This document shows positions 1 to 12,494 of a DNA stretch of 64,000 bases, in pieces. Both the position numbers and the translations under genes were made by a program. Source of the DNA: Octopus vulgaris (lineage: Eukaryota). The notes below the pieces were generated by a model. That model ran no database searches. It was given only the letters and a program-made list of their open reading frames with translations, and had not been told where the DNA came from. The stretch is taken from contig OX597825.1 in the NCBI GenBank assembly GCA_951406725.2, positions 86,118,001-86,182,000 on the forward strand, in the 5' to 3' direction. How positions within the stretch are numbered: position 1 is the stretch's first letter; each line of letters opens with the position of its first letter.

Positions 1-155
1 AACAATAATAACATTGAAAAATACCTTAGGAATGAGAACCCAGGTTCGAAATTTTCCCAAGACACCTGATAAAGGCTGGAGGGTATATCAGCCAAAACGT
101 TGTGTTAACAACAAACAAGATGACGATAAATATCCGTCAAATGTAAATAATGAAC
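1..155 (+). mobile_element. Penelope-type terminal segment with degenerate hammerhead motif
   Basis: gacac-ctgataa-aggctg...cagcc-aaaac-gtt-gtgtt at 61-106. Same family as 53145-53312. Confidence 0.65.
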
Positions 156-385
156 TTTGATAAGCTTTTCAACTCAGAACTTTGTGTCATGAAATTCAAT
201 ACATCAAATGAGTGGATGTTCTTGACTTCAGATTAATACAAGAATTTCGATATATAATGAAAGAAATTGAGGTTGTGCAATGCAGTTTCATCAAAACAGA
301 CATTAGGGTATTACAGTTCTGCAATGGAGTGAAGGCATGTTGCTTAGTGCTTAGCGCTTTCAGCTCATGATTGTGAGATTGTGAG

Positions 386-604
386 GCGGCGAGCTGGCAG
401 AACTGTTAGTACGCCGGACGAAATGCTTAGCAGTATTTCGTCTGCCACTACGTTCTGAGTTCAAATTCTGTCACGGTCAACTTTGCCTTTCATCCTTACG
501 GGGTCGATTAAATAAGTACCAGTTACGCACTGGGGTCGATGTAATCAACGTAATCCATTTGTCTGTCCTCTCGGTGTTTAGCCCCTTGTGGGCAACAAAG
601 TAAT
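386..604 (+). mobile_element. tRNA-derived SINE (family A, Nin/Deu-like core) nested in another SINE
   Basis: 10-bp TSD agattgtgag at 376-385 and 605-614. Core gcctttcatcc..ggggtcgat..aagtaccag. The host SINE (family E) spans about 330-800. Confidence 0.85.
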
Positions 605-1392
605 AGATTGTGAGTTTACAAGTTCAATTCCTGCTGTTCCAATCCACTCAGCTGGGAATAATGAGTTATATCTTTAATTCAAAGGGGCCAGCTTTGTCAC
701 ATCCTGTGTCCATATGTCTGTGGAGTACTCAGCCACTTGCATGTTAATTTCACCAGCTAGATGTTCTGTTGATTGGATCAATTGGAACACTTGTTGTAAA
801 TGCCTTGGTGGAATTTGAACTCTCAATGTAAAAGAACAGAAATAGCACAAGACATTGTGCCAGAAACTCGGCTGATTCTTCCATTCACTATCTTTTAGAG
901 AATTGGTTTCTAACCCAAGTACAACACCTCAATTTGGTAGAGAAGAAAAGGTGATTAACCCAAAGCCAGAACATCAATGGCATTGTATGTACCCAGGATA
1001 ATGAAAGGTAAAGAAGGCCCTAGTGAGATTTGAACACAGAATGTTAAGGATTATTTCTCTGTACCACAAGCCATTTTAACAGCAATCTATTGATTTTGCC
1101 AACTCAATGCCCTCCAATAGTATTAATATTGATTTCTAATATAAATATTGATTTCTAAATGTAGTATTTTCACATGGGTATTAATATTAACAGTAACTAC
1201 ACCATCTGTGTTCTCCTTGCTGAAGGGAGTCTGACGATGTTAAATATTTAACATTGTAAAAAGTAACGGCCAACTTCACATGGTGTCCTTCAGCTGCAAA
1301 TAAACCGAAGCAATATTTTGCTGATCCCAAGTGAATTTGTGAACCGCTAAACCATATTTCTAGGGAGGCATATGAAGAAATAAGTGAAAGAC

Positions 1393-1401
1393 AAAGGATA
1401 C
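1393..1401 (-). other. U12-type (minor spliceosome) 5' splice site GTATCCTTT
   Basis: Exact RTATCCTTT consensus at the point where DAP3 similarity stops. Confidence 0.8.
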
Positions 1402-1510
1402 AAAGCATAAGTCTGAGTACGGGATGGTCGTAATTGGCATTCTTGATGTAGTCAATAATTTCCAAAGCTGGTTGCCTCACCATAATACTAGTCTCACGAA
1501 ACAGTTGGCA
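1402..1510 (-). CDS. DAP3: DAP3 coding exon (109 nt, phase 0-1), just before the P-loop
   Basis: tctccttcag|CQLFRETSIMVRQPALEIIDYIKNANYDHPVLRLML+T|gtatcctttg. Aligns with recalled human [37 protein letters not shown]. The GxxGxGK exon is not in the window. Confidence 0.92.
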
Positions 1511-2162
1511 CTGAAGGAGAAAAATAAAGAGATAGGAAAAAAAAAGAAAAAAAAAGATTGTAATTATGCATTGAAAAGTGGCAGCAGTGAACATGGGAGA
1601 GGGAGGGGGCAGAGGGAGGGAGAGATCAATATTAATCAATAGAAAAGGACAACTAAACAGGGCAACACAACAGACTCAAAATGTCATGTTGTAAGTAGTT
1701 TTCTTGTGAAACAAATCAAGGTGTTTTAAAAAGTAAAAGAAAAATTGTACATACACGGTGTGACGTGTACAAAACATGAAGAGAAGATGGTGTTAATTTG
1801 AGAGATGAAATAACTATTCTATGGAGTGGCCATGGTTAGGATAACACTGGGTCTTAATCTCTTATTTGGGGATGCCGATATTTGAAGGGGTAAGATAGGA
1901 ACATGTTAATGGAGGTGGGTTAAGCATTTATACCAGGTTCTTAAATAAGGGAACAACACACTCTAGTTGTACATAATTTTACAAAGGACTGGTTGGTCAC
2001 AACTGGAATGCCTTGTACCATTTGTCTACTTTAGCAGAGCGAAAAACAACACAATTCCTCTTCTCCAGAATATGACTAAAACGAACCATCTAAAGATGGT
2101 AATAAGATCTATGTTAATAAAGGACAATCATAGTTATGATGTTGTTGTTGTTGTTGTTGCTG

Positions 2163-2503
2163 TTGAGCGTAGCGGTCTTTGTCCATGGTGGGAGAAGTCC
2201 GAAACGTGGTCCTTTGCTATTCGTAAGAACCACAGAAGAGAAAGCAGGTCAACCCCTGACACTGAGAGCATCAACAGATAGATGAATGCGCATCCAGGCT
2301 CAGCGGTTGAGTAGGAAGAAAGAGTGAGAGAAAGTTGGAGTGAAAGAGTACAACAGGGGTCGCCACCACCCCCTGCTGGAGCCTTGTGGAGCTTTTAGGT
2401 GTTTTCGCTCAATAAACACACACAACGCCCGGTCTGGGAATCGAAACCGCAATCCTCCGACTGCGATTCCGCTGCCCTAACCATTGGGCTATTGTGCCTC
2501 CAC
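2163..2503 (-). mobile_element. tRNA-derived SINE with (CAA)n tail
   Basis: Minus strand has A-box-like tagcccaatgg and B-box-like ggtttcgattccc, and ends in (caa)n. Confidence 0.75.
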
Positions 2504-3064
2504 TTGTTGCTGCTGCTGTAGGAATGACAAGGAAGGAAGGAGCCAGTAAGGTGTTGACCTTATTCAGGTAAATCAGTCAAGATTTTATAGGCTTTTATTA
2601 ACAATGAGCTTTATTGTGTCCTCAACTACAAAACTTAACAGGTAATAGAAGAGCAGGTAAGGTAACACACACACACATCATCATTTCTATGTCCCCGTTT
2701 CCAGGCTTGCATGCATCACAGAGAATTTGTGGAGACACATTTTTTGCCACCAGATGTCCTCCCTATCACCACCCTTCACTTGCAAACAAGGGAAGGGTAA
2801 TATTGTGTTCCATGGCTAGACATATTTTCACAGAACATTGGCAGTGAAGGGCAATGCCTGAATGCCAGTGGCACAATTCACATATTCTGTTAGGACAAGG
2901 AGACACAAACGCACATACATACACACACACACACGATGGGCTTCTTTTAGTTTCTGTCTACTAAGTATATTTATAAGGCTTTTGTAGGCCTGGGGCTTTA
3001 TTATAAGACTCTATCCAAAAGTAGCATACAGTGGGACTGAACTCAAAGCCGTGTACTTGGAAAA

Positions 3065-3186
3065 CTATCTGTCTATCATCTGTCTGTCTATCTGTCTGTC
3101 TGTTTATCTATCTGTCTGTCTATCTCTCCGTCTATCTGTCTATCTATCTAACTGTCTGTCTATCTATCTATCTATCTAACTGTCTG

Positions 3187-3233
<47 letters not shown>

Positions 3234-3512
3234 GTCTGTCTATCTGTCTGTCTAGCTGTCTGTCTATATGTCTGTCTATCTGTCTGTCTGTCTGCCTGCC
3301 TGTCTGTCTGTCTATCTGTCTGTCTGTTTGACTATCTGTCTGTTTATCTGTCTATCTATCTATCTATCTTTCTATCTATCCGCATATATGTGTGTGTGTG
3401 TGCGCGTATTCACACACACACACACATACAGAGAATAGAGAGAGGGAGACAAAGACAAACACAGAGACAGATAGATAGATAGGTAGATAGATAGACAGAT
3501 AGATAGATAGAC
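3065..3512. repeat. (TCTA/TCTG)n and (GATA/GACA)n microsatellites
   Basis: Directly visible. Confidence 0.95.
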
Positions 3513-4747
3513 AACAACAGAGGAGAAAAAGAGGGAGGGAGATTGTAGACACCTCCACCCACAACCACACGAGGGAAATAAGCAACTTATACAATTGATC
3601 TGCACAACATAGCAGCCAAATATCTCTCAACAAACTTGCCTTCATCTTTAAAACGGTGACCATATGTTTGAAGGTGTAAAACTTACACCAACATAAGACT
3701 CGAGTTATGACCGAGATGGTCACAGCAAGGAGGCTGGTCATGGGACGAATTTAAACTGTTTAATTAACTAATGTAATAAACTTAAGTCCCGTGTCAGAAG
3801 TGTTTACAGTGATGTATTTACAATAATATCACAGCAATCCCAAAAGATACGTCTACAGTAACATAATAGAGTTGAGAGATGATAAGAAATGCTTTTCCCG
3901 CTTTTTCCTTCCCTGAGAACAAGCTTTTCATTCACTGACTGCATCAACTTGCCTCCACCACCATCATCATCATCATCATCATCAGAGTCGCCCACGTCAA
4001 CTGCACTGGTGTCACCCACATTAACTACACTGTCATCATCCTCTGGACCTGTACAGTTAACCATAAGCCCCTGTCCAAGAGCCTGGCCCCTATTCCTTCA
4101 GTAATAATAATAATAATGATAAAATAAAAAGAAACCCACCATTCATTCTATTCTCATCTCAATCTCTACTTATACACCTTTCATTTCATAGGATTATTTA
4201 TTCAATTAATCTCATTGTCCAAATAAGCAGTGTGTGTGTGTGTGTCTGTCTGTGTGTGTGTGAGTGTGTGTGAGCAGTCTCTCTCTCACACACACAGGCA
4301 GAGTCATGCCCCATTAATTTCCTGGCTGCCCTCCTCTTACCCCAAAATACCTCACCTGCATCATGGTTTGTTAACTTTTGTCAGCTCAGCTGTCCCTCTA
4401 CCCTCTGGCTGTTTACCTGGCCTCTCCCTACACACCATTTCACCACCACATTTCTTGCCAGTACCTCCACCACCACCTTCACCACCACCTATGACTCAGT
4501 CAAAAGGCTCAAATCCTTAATGAATACATAATTAATACAATACAGGCTAAACAAACACACACAAAGATTAATTAGTTATATATCATAAACATTAAGATTT
4601 TCAAATCTAAATTGTACATAACTTATTTATGAACAACCTAAGACAGACAAAAGCGAACAGATATATATATATATATATATAATATAAATAATATACATAT
4701 ATGCATATATACATACGTATATGTACATACTTATAGCTATACGTGTG

Positions 4748-4787
<40 letters not shown>

Positions 4788-4996
4788 TATGTGGGCACAG
4801 GATATCACAAAACGAGTACCACAAAATTTACGAAGCACGAGTACATGGAATATGAACTATTTTCTTGAACAATGAAAGACACAAATGGAAAACAAAACAA
4901 ACAGCATAAAGAACGACCCTTCATCAGTTGTTGGCTGTTTTTCTACTCTTGTATTTCGAGCATTTGGTTTCCACAGCTGGATGCCCTTCCTTAACA

Positions 4997-5508
4997 TTTT
5001 CTTTATTTTGGCACTCAGGCCACTAAGACAGACGGGACACTACAAGGACAGACACATCACCACAGTAGGGACAAAAAACACAAAATGAATGAGTATGAAT
5101 ATTATATAAAAATGAAAGATGAATGGCTACATGGGCCCCACTCCTCATGCAGTACCATTTGAATGTTTGTACACATGGTCACTATCTGTTGTTTTTTTCT
5201 TAATTATCGTTTTTTTTTTCAAAAACTTTTTCCTTTTTTTTTCCCCTTAAATAACAAGTAATTAATTTTTTGTCCTTTTAACGTCTCATATACTGCTCAA
5301 GTTCTAACAAATCAACCCCTGGTGGCAGCTCATTGAATTCCACCAATGCTCCAGCTGGGTCAATTCTACACCCGCACATGTCTCTAAGTTTCTTATAGGT
5401 TTCCCTATCGACCACCATGGCCTTCACACACTCTGGGTACACGTTGTTGGGTAACTTTACCCTTATGATGTGCTTGAACTTGGCAATTTTTCTCTCCACC
5501 TCCTTGTT
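4997..5508 (-). mobile_element. 5'-truncated retroposed insert (probably L1/Tx1-related) with an open ORF end
   Basis: Flanked by 7-bp direct repeat cttaaca (4990-4996, 5509-5515) inside an RTE-3' repeat. Minus strand carries an ORF ending at 5278 and terminates in AATAAAgaaaa. Confidence 0.7.
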
Positions 5509-7490
5509 CTTAACACCAACCACTTCACAGAGTGCTCCACTGGGTGTTTTTTATGTGACCAGCACCAAAACCAATGCTTTTTACAGGGCACCAGCACCAA
5601 TACCAATGCTTTTTACATGGCACCATGGTTTTAGGATATCATATATTTTGTGTGTGTGTGTGTGTGTCTTTGTATCTGAGTTTGTGTTCTAGCAGCATTT
5701 GACATTCAGTGTTGGTGCGTTTATGTCCCCGGGATCTATTCATTTGACTAAAACTTCAAGGTGGTGGCCCAGGATAGATGCAATCCAATGATGAAGCGAG
5801 TAACAGGTAAAAGGTAATGCAAGAAGGGACTCTACAATGGGCTTCCATACAATTTCTCCAGACCAAATTCCATTCAGAAGACTTTAGTCAACCTGTGGGT
5901 AGAGAAGAAAACACTGGCACAAAATGTTTTAATTAATGGAATCAAATCAGATTCCAGAGCTGCTAATTGAACTTCCAAAGAATGCTGCCATGGATGTGGC
6001 CAAGCTGTAGGTCTATAGAAACTTATAGCTTTGATGTAAAATGGTAAAGAAACCATTATATGCTTAAAGTAAAAGAGTTGTCTTTTTCAGTTTTTTAATA
6101 AGTTAGCCAAAAAGAAGGCAGCAAGCTGGCAGAATCGTTAACTCGTCAGGTAAGATGCTTACTGGTGTTTCATCCAACCTTATGTTCTGAGTTCAAATTC
6201 AGCCAAAGTCGACTTTGCCTTTCATCCTTTTGAGGTCAATAAGATAAGTACCAATCAAGCAGGGGTTGGGGTTGGCAATGTAATTGGCATATGACTGCCC
6301 TCAAAATTGTTGGGCTTGTGCCATGTTCGGCAAAGGAGTTATTGGTGAAGTCCATGACCTTTGCGGGTCAGAATCCAAGACCAGTGAGACTCCAATGTTG
6401 AAACTAAAAAGCTATCAATGAATTTCTGGAGGCAAAATGGAAAGCACTGCAGTGTAGGGAAGGAAGTTGGCAGGAGAGCGGTGATGTGGTGGGTGTAGAT
6501 CACCCAACCATAAGGGCAAAATATTCTCAAACATTCTCAATTGCATTTATCACTGAACCCTTAAAGATTTGAAACTTTGACTAATAACATAATCTATAGC
6601 AATCTATCACACACACACACACACACACACACACTTACATACCATCATCATCATCATTTAACAACTGTTCTCCATGATGGTAGGGGTTGGATTGATTGTT
6701 TTTATGGGAGCTGGAAAGGCCTGTGAGCTGCACCTGGTCCCAATTGTCTATTTTGGCATGGTTTCTAGGGCTGCATGCTCTTCCTAACACCAACCACTTA
6801 CCATAGGGTACAGGGTGCTTTATACATGGCACCAGTGTGGGTGCCTTGTGTGCAAAACCAGTCTGGGTGCTTTGTATATGGCACAAACACATGTGCTTTT
6901 TTTTCACACACACACACACACACACATGTTGAATAGAAAATACTGTTGATATCCTCCTGTCACTGTTGATGGATTCAAGGCTATAACACCTTTGGATTTA
7001 CTGACTGCAGCCATTTGATTCCGTTGCCATAGCAAATGACTTTGAGAAAGGCATGAATGCCAAAAACTCTTATTTAATGTCCTCATTTCCTTCATTAACA
7101 ATTCAGTTATACCAACCTGTGGGCATGTATAAACGAGCAGAGCAACTCTGTCTGTCTGTCTGTCTGTCTGTCTACTGCTCTGGTCACCCAGTCCAGTCGG
7201 TCGTTCTGCCAATCCAGCCGTCTTCTCCCCTTCACCCAATATTTTCATGCAAATCACAAATAGGATACCAAGGTATGAGGAAACAAAGGGAGGTGTGCTG
7301 AAATTCTTAAAGCTAATTTCAAATCTTAATGGCAGCAATAATATGTTGGGAGGAGAAGGGGGTGGGGGGCTGTTGCTGAAAAGATGGTGTAAGGTCATTG
7401 AGAATCCTGGTAGCCATTTGAAAACTGGGGACTAGAATGACAATGATGAAGATGCTGAGTTTCAATATGAATGAAGAAGGAACATCTTAC

Positions 7491-7595
7491 CTGTTTCTGA
7501 TAGACTATGGAAAGACCTTTCGTTTCGAAACACTTTTTCACATCTGCATCAGGGATGGTGTAATAGAGGCCCACATGCTGTTTGGTATGTTTTTC
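7491..7595 (-). CDS. DAP3: DAP3 coding exon (105 nt, phase 0-0)
   Basis: ttattttcag|EKHTKQHVGLYYTIPDADVKKCFETKGLSIVYQKQ|gtaaga. Aligns with recalled human [34 protein letters not shown]. Too short to appear in the ORF track. Confidence 0.9.
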
Positions 7596-8832
7596 CTGAA
7601 AATAATTATAATAATCAAGTCGTGGGGTTGATCCATTCGGTTAAAAATTCAAGGCAGTGCTCCAGCATGGCCACAGTCTAATGACTGAAACAAGTAAAAA
7701 AAGAAAGACAGACAGACAGATATATATAACACCTTGCTTGTTTGCTATCATTCTCAATGCCCTCACATACCTAACACAGTCCTTGCCCCTGAGTATCTCT
7801 TATATTTCTCTCCATCATTTGCTAGTCACCTCAATCCTACCCACTCACCCAGTCCAAAGCCCTATATCACCCTCACCTGTTCTTGACACTACCCCCAATA
7901 TCCCTCGAAGCCTCCAACACATCCTTGCCACCATCTCTCTCTCATTATTACTCTCTTTAGGTTCTTCTCCAACTCACTCTCCTTCTTTTTCCAACTGGAG
8001 TATCCATGTATCTACTCTACAGCAGGGCCCCTATTTCTGTTCCTGCTATACCTTTAATCTCTCAAATGACATAAGGCCACCCCAACCTAATACTATTCCC
8101 CTGTCCCAGTTGAAGGGATTTTGCCTTGCAAGGTTCTTGGTGACCCTGTTGGTGTTAGTACCACATAAAAAGCACCCAGTCCACACTCTGCAAAGTGTTT
8201 GGCATTAGGAGGGGCATCCAGCCATAGAAACCATGCTAAAACAGACATCTGGAACCTGGTGCAGCTTTCTGGCTTGCCAGCTCTGGTCAAACCATCCAAC
8301 CCATGCCAGCAAGGAAAACAGACATTAAAGGTTGATGATGAGGACACACACACACACACACAATCTGATCTGGCGATGTTTCTACAGCTGGATGTCCTTC
8401 CTAACGCCAACCACTCTCAAAGTGTAGTGGGTGCTTTTTATGTACCACCAACACAGAAGCCAGTTAAGCGGGCCTGGCATCGATCACGTCTGGATAGTGC
8501 TTTTTACGTGCCACTGGCATGGAAGCCAGTCAGGGGATATTGGCATCGGTCATGATTGGATGGTACTTTTTACGAGCCACCAGCATGGGAGCCAGTCAGG
8601 CGGACCTGGCATCAACCATATTCGGATGATGCATTTTATGTGCCACCAGAATGGGAGCCAGTCAGGGTGCACTGGCCACAGCTATGATCTTGGTTTAATT
8701 TGACTCAACAGGTCTTTTCAAGCATATCTTCCCGGTTAAACTTCCTTTGATATTGCAGTACCTTTTATGAGTCCATAGCTTACACTGGGTACATCGTATG
8801 GAGTTTCTACCCATGCCTTTTCTACAGGCATG

Positions 8833-8871
<39 letters not shown>

Positions 8872-8888
8872 GAGTACATACACACACA

Positions 8889-10480
8889 TCATCATCGTTT
8901 AACGTCCGTTTTCCATGCTAGCATGGGCTGGACGACTTGACTGAGGACTGGTGAACCGGATGGCTGCACCAGGCTCCAATCTTGATCTGGCAGAGTTTCT
9001 ACAGCTGGATGCCCTTCCTAACACCAACTACTCTGAGAGTGTAGTGGGTACTTTTACGTGCCAGTCAGGCGGTTCTGGCAATGGCCACGCTCAAGTGGGT
9101 TTTTTACAGGCCACCTGTACAGTAGCCAGTCCAGCAGCAATGGCAATGATCTCGCTCGAATGTTTTTCACGTACCACCAGCACAAGTGCCGGTAAGGCGA
9201 CGCTGGTAACGATCAGGTTTGAATGGTGCTTTGAATGTGCTATCGGCACAGAAGCCAGTCAGTTGCTCTGGCAACGATCACGCTTAGATAGTGCTCTTAA
9301 CGCTCCACTGGCACGGATGCCAGTCATTGAATTTGCAAATTTGATTTGATTTCGATTACACTTGCCTCAACAGGTCTTCGCAAGCAGAGTTTAGTGTCCA
9401 ATAAAAGAAAGGTACACATAAGTGGGCTGGTTACACCCCTGGCATAGGCCATGAGGTTATGGTCTTACTTGGCTTGCCGGGTCTTCTCACGCACTGCATA
9501 TTTCCAAAGGTGTCTGTCACTAGTCATTGCTTCGGTGAGGCCTAATGATCAAAAGTCGTGCTTCACTACCTCATCCCGGGTCTTCCTCTTCCACAGGTGT
9601 GGCACTTTTTCACACAGCTATCCTCATCCATTCTCGCCACATGACCATACCAGTGCAGTCGTCTCTCTTGCACACCACATCTGATGCTTCTTAGGTCCAA
9701 CTTTTGTCTCAAGGTACTTACACTCTGTCGAGTATGCACATTGACATTACACATCCATTGGATCATACTGGCTTCATTCCTTGCAAGCTTATGCATGTCC
9801 TCAGCAGTCACAGCCCATGTTTCACTGCCATGTAGCATGGTTGTTCGTATACATGCATCATATAGTCTACCTTTTACACTGAGCGAGAGGCCCTTTGTCA
9901 CCAGCAGAGGCAAGAGCTCTCTGAACTTTGCCCAGGCTATTCTTATTCTAGCAGTTACACTTTCAGTGCACCCTCCCCCGCTACTGACTTGGTCACCTAG
10001 GTAACGGAAGCTATCAACTACTTCTAGTTTTTCTCCCTGGAATGTGGCAGAAGTTGTTCTCTGCACATTTTCAGTGTTTATTGCTCCTGAGCATCTGCCA
10101 CATACAAAAACTATCTTCCCAGTTAGACTTCCTTTGATATTGCTGCACCCCTTATGTGTCCATAGCTTACATTGGGTACATCTTATAGAGTTTCTACCTA
10201 CGCCTTTTCTACAGATCAAGCAGGGCCATCTACCTGAAGGGATTTGTGGTTTGTTTGCCTTCCTACTTATTAGGACTTTGGTTTTAGCTAGGCCCTTCGA
10301 TTCTAATCCTTGTTTCCACACCTGAAACTTCTCTAGTTCTGATAGTGACTCAGCAATTAGAGAAAGGTCATCAGCATAGAGGAGCTCCTAGGGGCATCCT
10401 GTTTTGAATTCCTCTGTTATTGCCTTGAGGACTATGATAAATAGGAGGGGGCTGAGGACTGAACCTTGGTGGACCCCTAC

Positions 10481-10485
<5 letters not shown>
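8889..10485 (-). mobile_element. RTE-clade LINE, 3' portion (RT C-terminus, 3'UTR, (ATG)n tail)
   Basis: QG.VLSP and LYADD motifs at about 10370-10470. ORF 9566-10321 has FRYLGD, MLHGSETW and RLHWYGHV. Tail (atg)n at about 8889. Confidence 0.92.
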
Positions 10486-10521
<36 letters not shown>

Positions 10522-12494
10522 CATATATATACAAACATACATACATACGTGTGTGTGTGAGTGTGCATGTGTTCTTGTATCAGGGCAGTATGGGTTCGTA
10601 GTCACAGAATCATGACCACAAATACAAAACAGAATATAAAAGAAAACAACAAAAGACCATTCTTAATGCCATGACTTTCAATATAACAAAAGACATCAAC
10701 AACAACAACAGGCCTGCATGATTGGGGCTGACAGAATGATAGAGGGGTGAGGGGTTCACTGCACAACAACAATAACAACAATAAAACTGGGGAGGAAATA
10801 TTAAGACAAAATTAACAAGTTTCTGAAAAAGGAAAATTCACTGAAGCATGTCTGAATAAAGAAAGAAACATGTATATGTATACATGTGTACATATATATG
10901 CTTGTGTGTGTGTGTGTGTGTGTATGCGTACGCGTGCGTGTACACACACACACATGCAATAAGACACATGCGTACTCCACTGAGTACTTTTCACTAACAG
11001 TGCTCCACAAATATTCACCAAAGGTGCTTTGGATTATTTGGGGCTATGATCCAAGTCTATAGAGTGAATAAATAAGATGGGAAGAGCTAATGTCTCATAA
11101 ATTTTATAAATGGAATCTGTGTGGTTTTATCTTTGTAGTAAATCTTCCATTTCAGAATCTGACTCTCATCAGATGGTGTAAAAAGACAGAATCCCTTTGT
11201 GACCAGGAGTTAGAACAAGTTGAACATCAGGGCACATAATAGATAAATGTGCCAAAACACAAAAGAAAAAGAAAAACGAATGCTTTGTACCCAAACAGAC
11301 AGAACTGTCTTATGAGGGAAAACTGCCACAAAGGAGCGATTCTTCACTTCAGTTCTTAAGAGCTGACAGACTCAGTGCTAAGACATAAATACTCCATAGG
11401 GTACAATACTATTAGTCTAAGCAAAGTATTTTCCACCAAAAGTGCTAAACAAATATTTATATAAATTCTTAATTATTTGGAGCTATGACACAAGCCAGTA
11501 GAGTGAAAGCTTTGTGTGTGTGTATTCTTTTATTTCTTTAAGTCATTGGACTGCAGCCATGCTGGAGCACTGTCTTTAGTCGAACTAATCGATCCTAGGA
11601 CTTATTCTTTGTAAGCCTAGTACTTATTCTATCACTCTCTTTTGCTGAACTGCTAAGTTATGGAGACACAAACACACCAACATCAGTTGTCAATCAATGG
11701 TGGGGGACAAACACAGACACACAAATATATATATATAGGGAAAGTTTACGAAAATTTATATATATATATATATCATCATCATCATCATATATATATATAT
11801 TTGTCCAACCCATGTTAGCAAGGAAAACGGACATTAAACGATGATGATGATGATGATATATAATTTCAAATTAATAATAAAAGGGTAAAATTAATTAATC
11901 AAATTTGGCTGAATTTCTGGAGTTTAGAGTCACCTGCAAAAGCTGCTTTTATCATTATTCAATTGTTACCTATGTGTGTGTCAACTGCTCCCCCCCCTCT
12001 CTCTTTATCAAGCAGCTGGGCAGGTCGATGGATGAAAAAACAGATATATTTGTGCCTATTCACTTTTGTGACAGCCTAAAAAAAAGGCACTGGTATTGTT
12101 TATATTAAGTTCCTTTAAGTCTCATAACTGAGCAGGTTGACAAAGATTGATCAAATAAAAAAAACAAACAGAAATAAACACAGTGGGGTGAAATAAATAT
12201 GACTGAAGAAACTCCTGAAGGCAGTGCCCCAGCTTGGCCTTTCTAATACATTTGGCTTTTCTCTGTCACTTGTTTCAGTCACTGGACTGCAGCCATGATG
12301 CAGGGGCAGCATCTTGAATCGTTTATCATGCAAATCAACCGCAGGACTTATCTTTTTAAACTTCGTACTTATGCTTCCAGTCTCCTTTGTTGAAATGCTA
12401 AGTTACAGGGGACATAAATGAACCAACACCAGTTGTCAAGTGGTGGTGGTGGGGGGAGGGAAACACAAGGACAAACACACATATAGATGTATAC

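Noticed and set aside
1187-1639. 150-aa ORF read as a clarin/claudin-like membrane protein
   Set aside because: Only 1402-1510 matches DAP3 and it is bounded by splice sites. The hydrophobic remainder is intron read-through.
3822-7116. Two phase-compatible open segments (7116-6944 and 4095-3822) as extra DAP3 exons
   Set aside because: The flanking exons align contiguously with DAP3 (QKQ|CQLF), the donors are weak, and the acidic run is a (GAT)n microsatellite. Would need junction reads.
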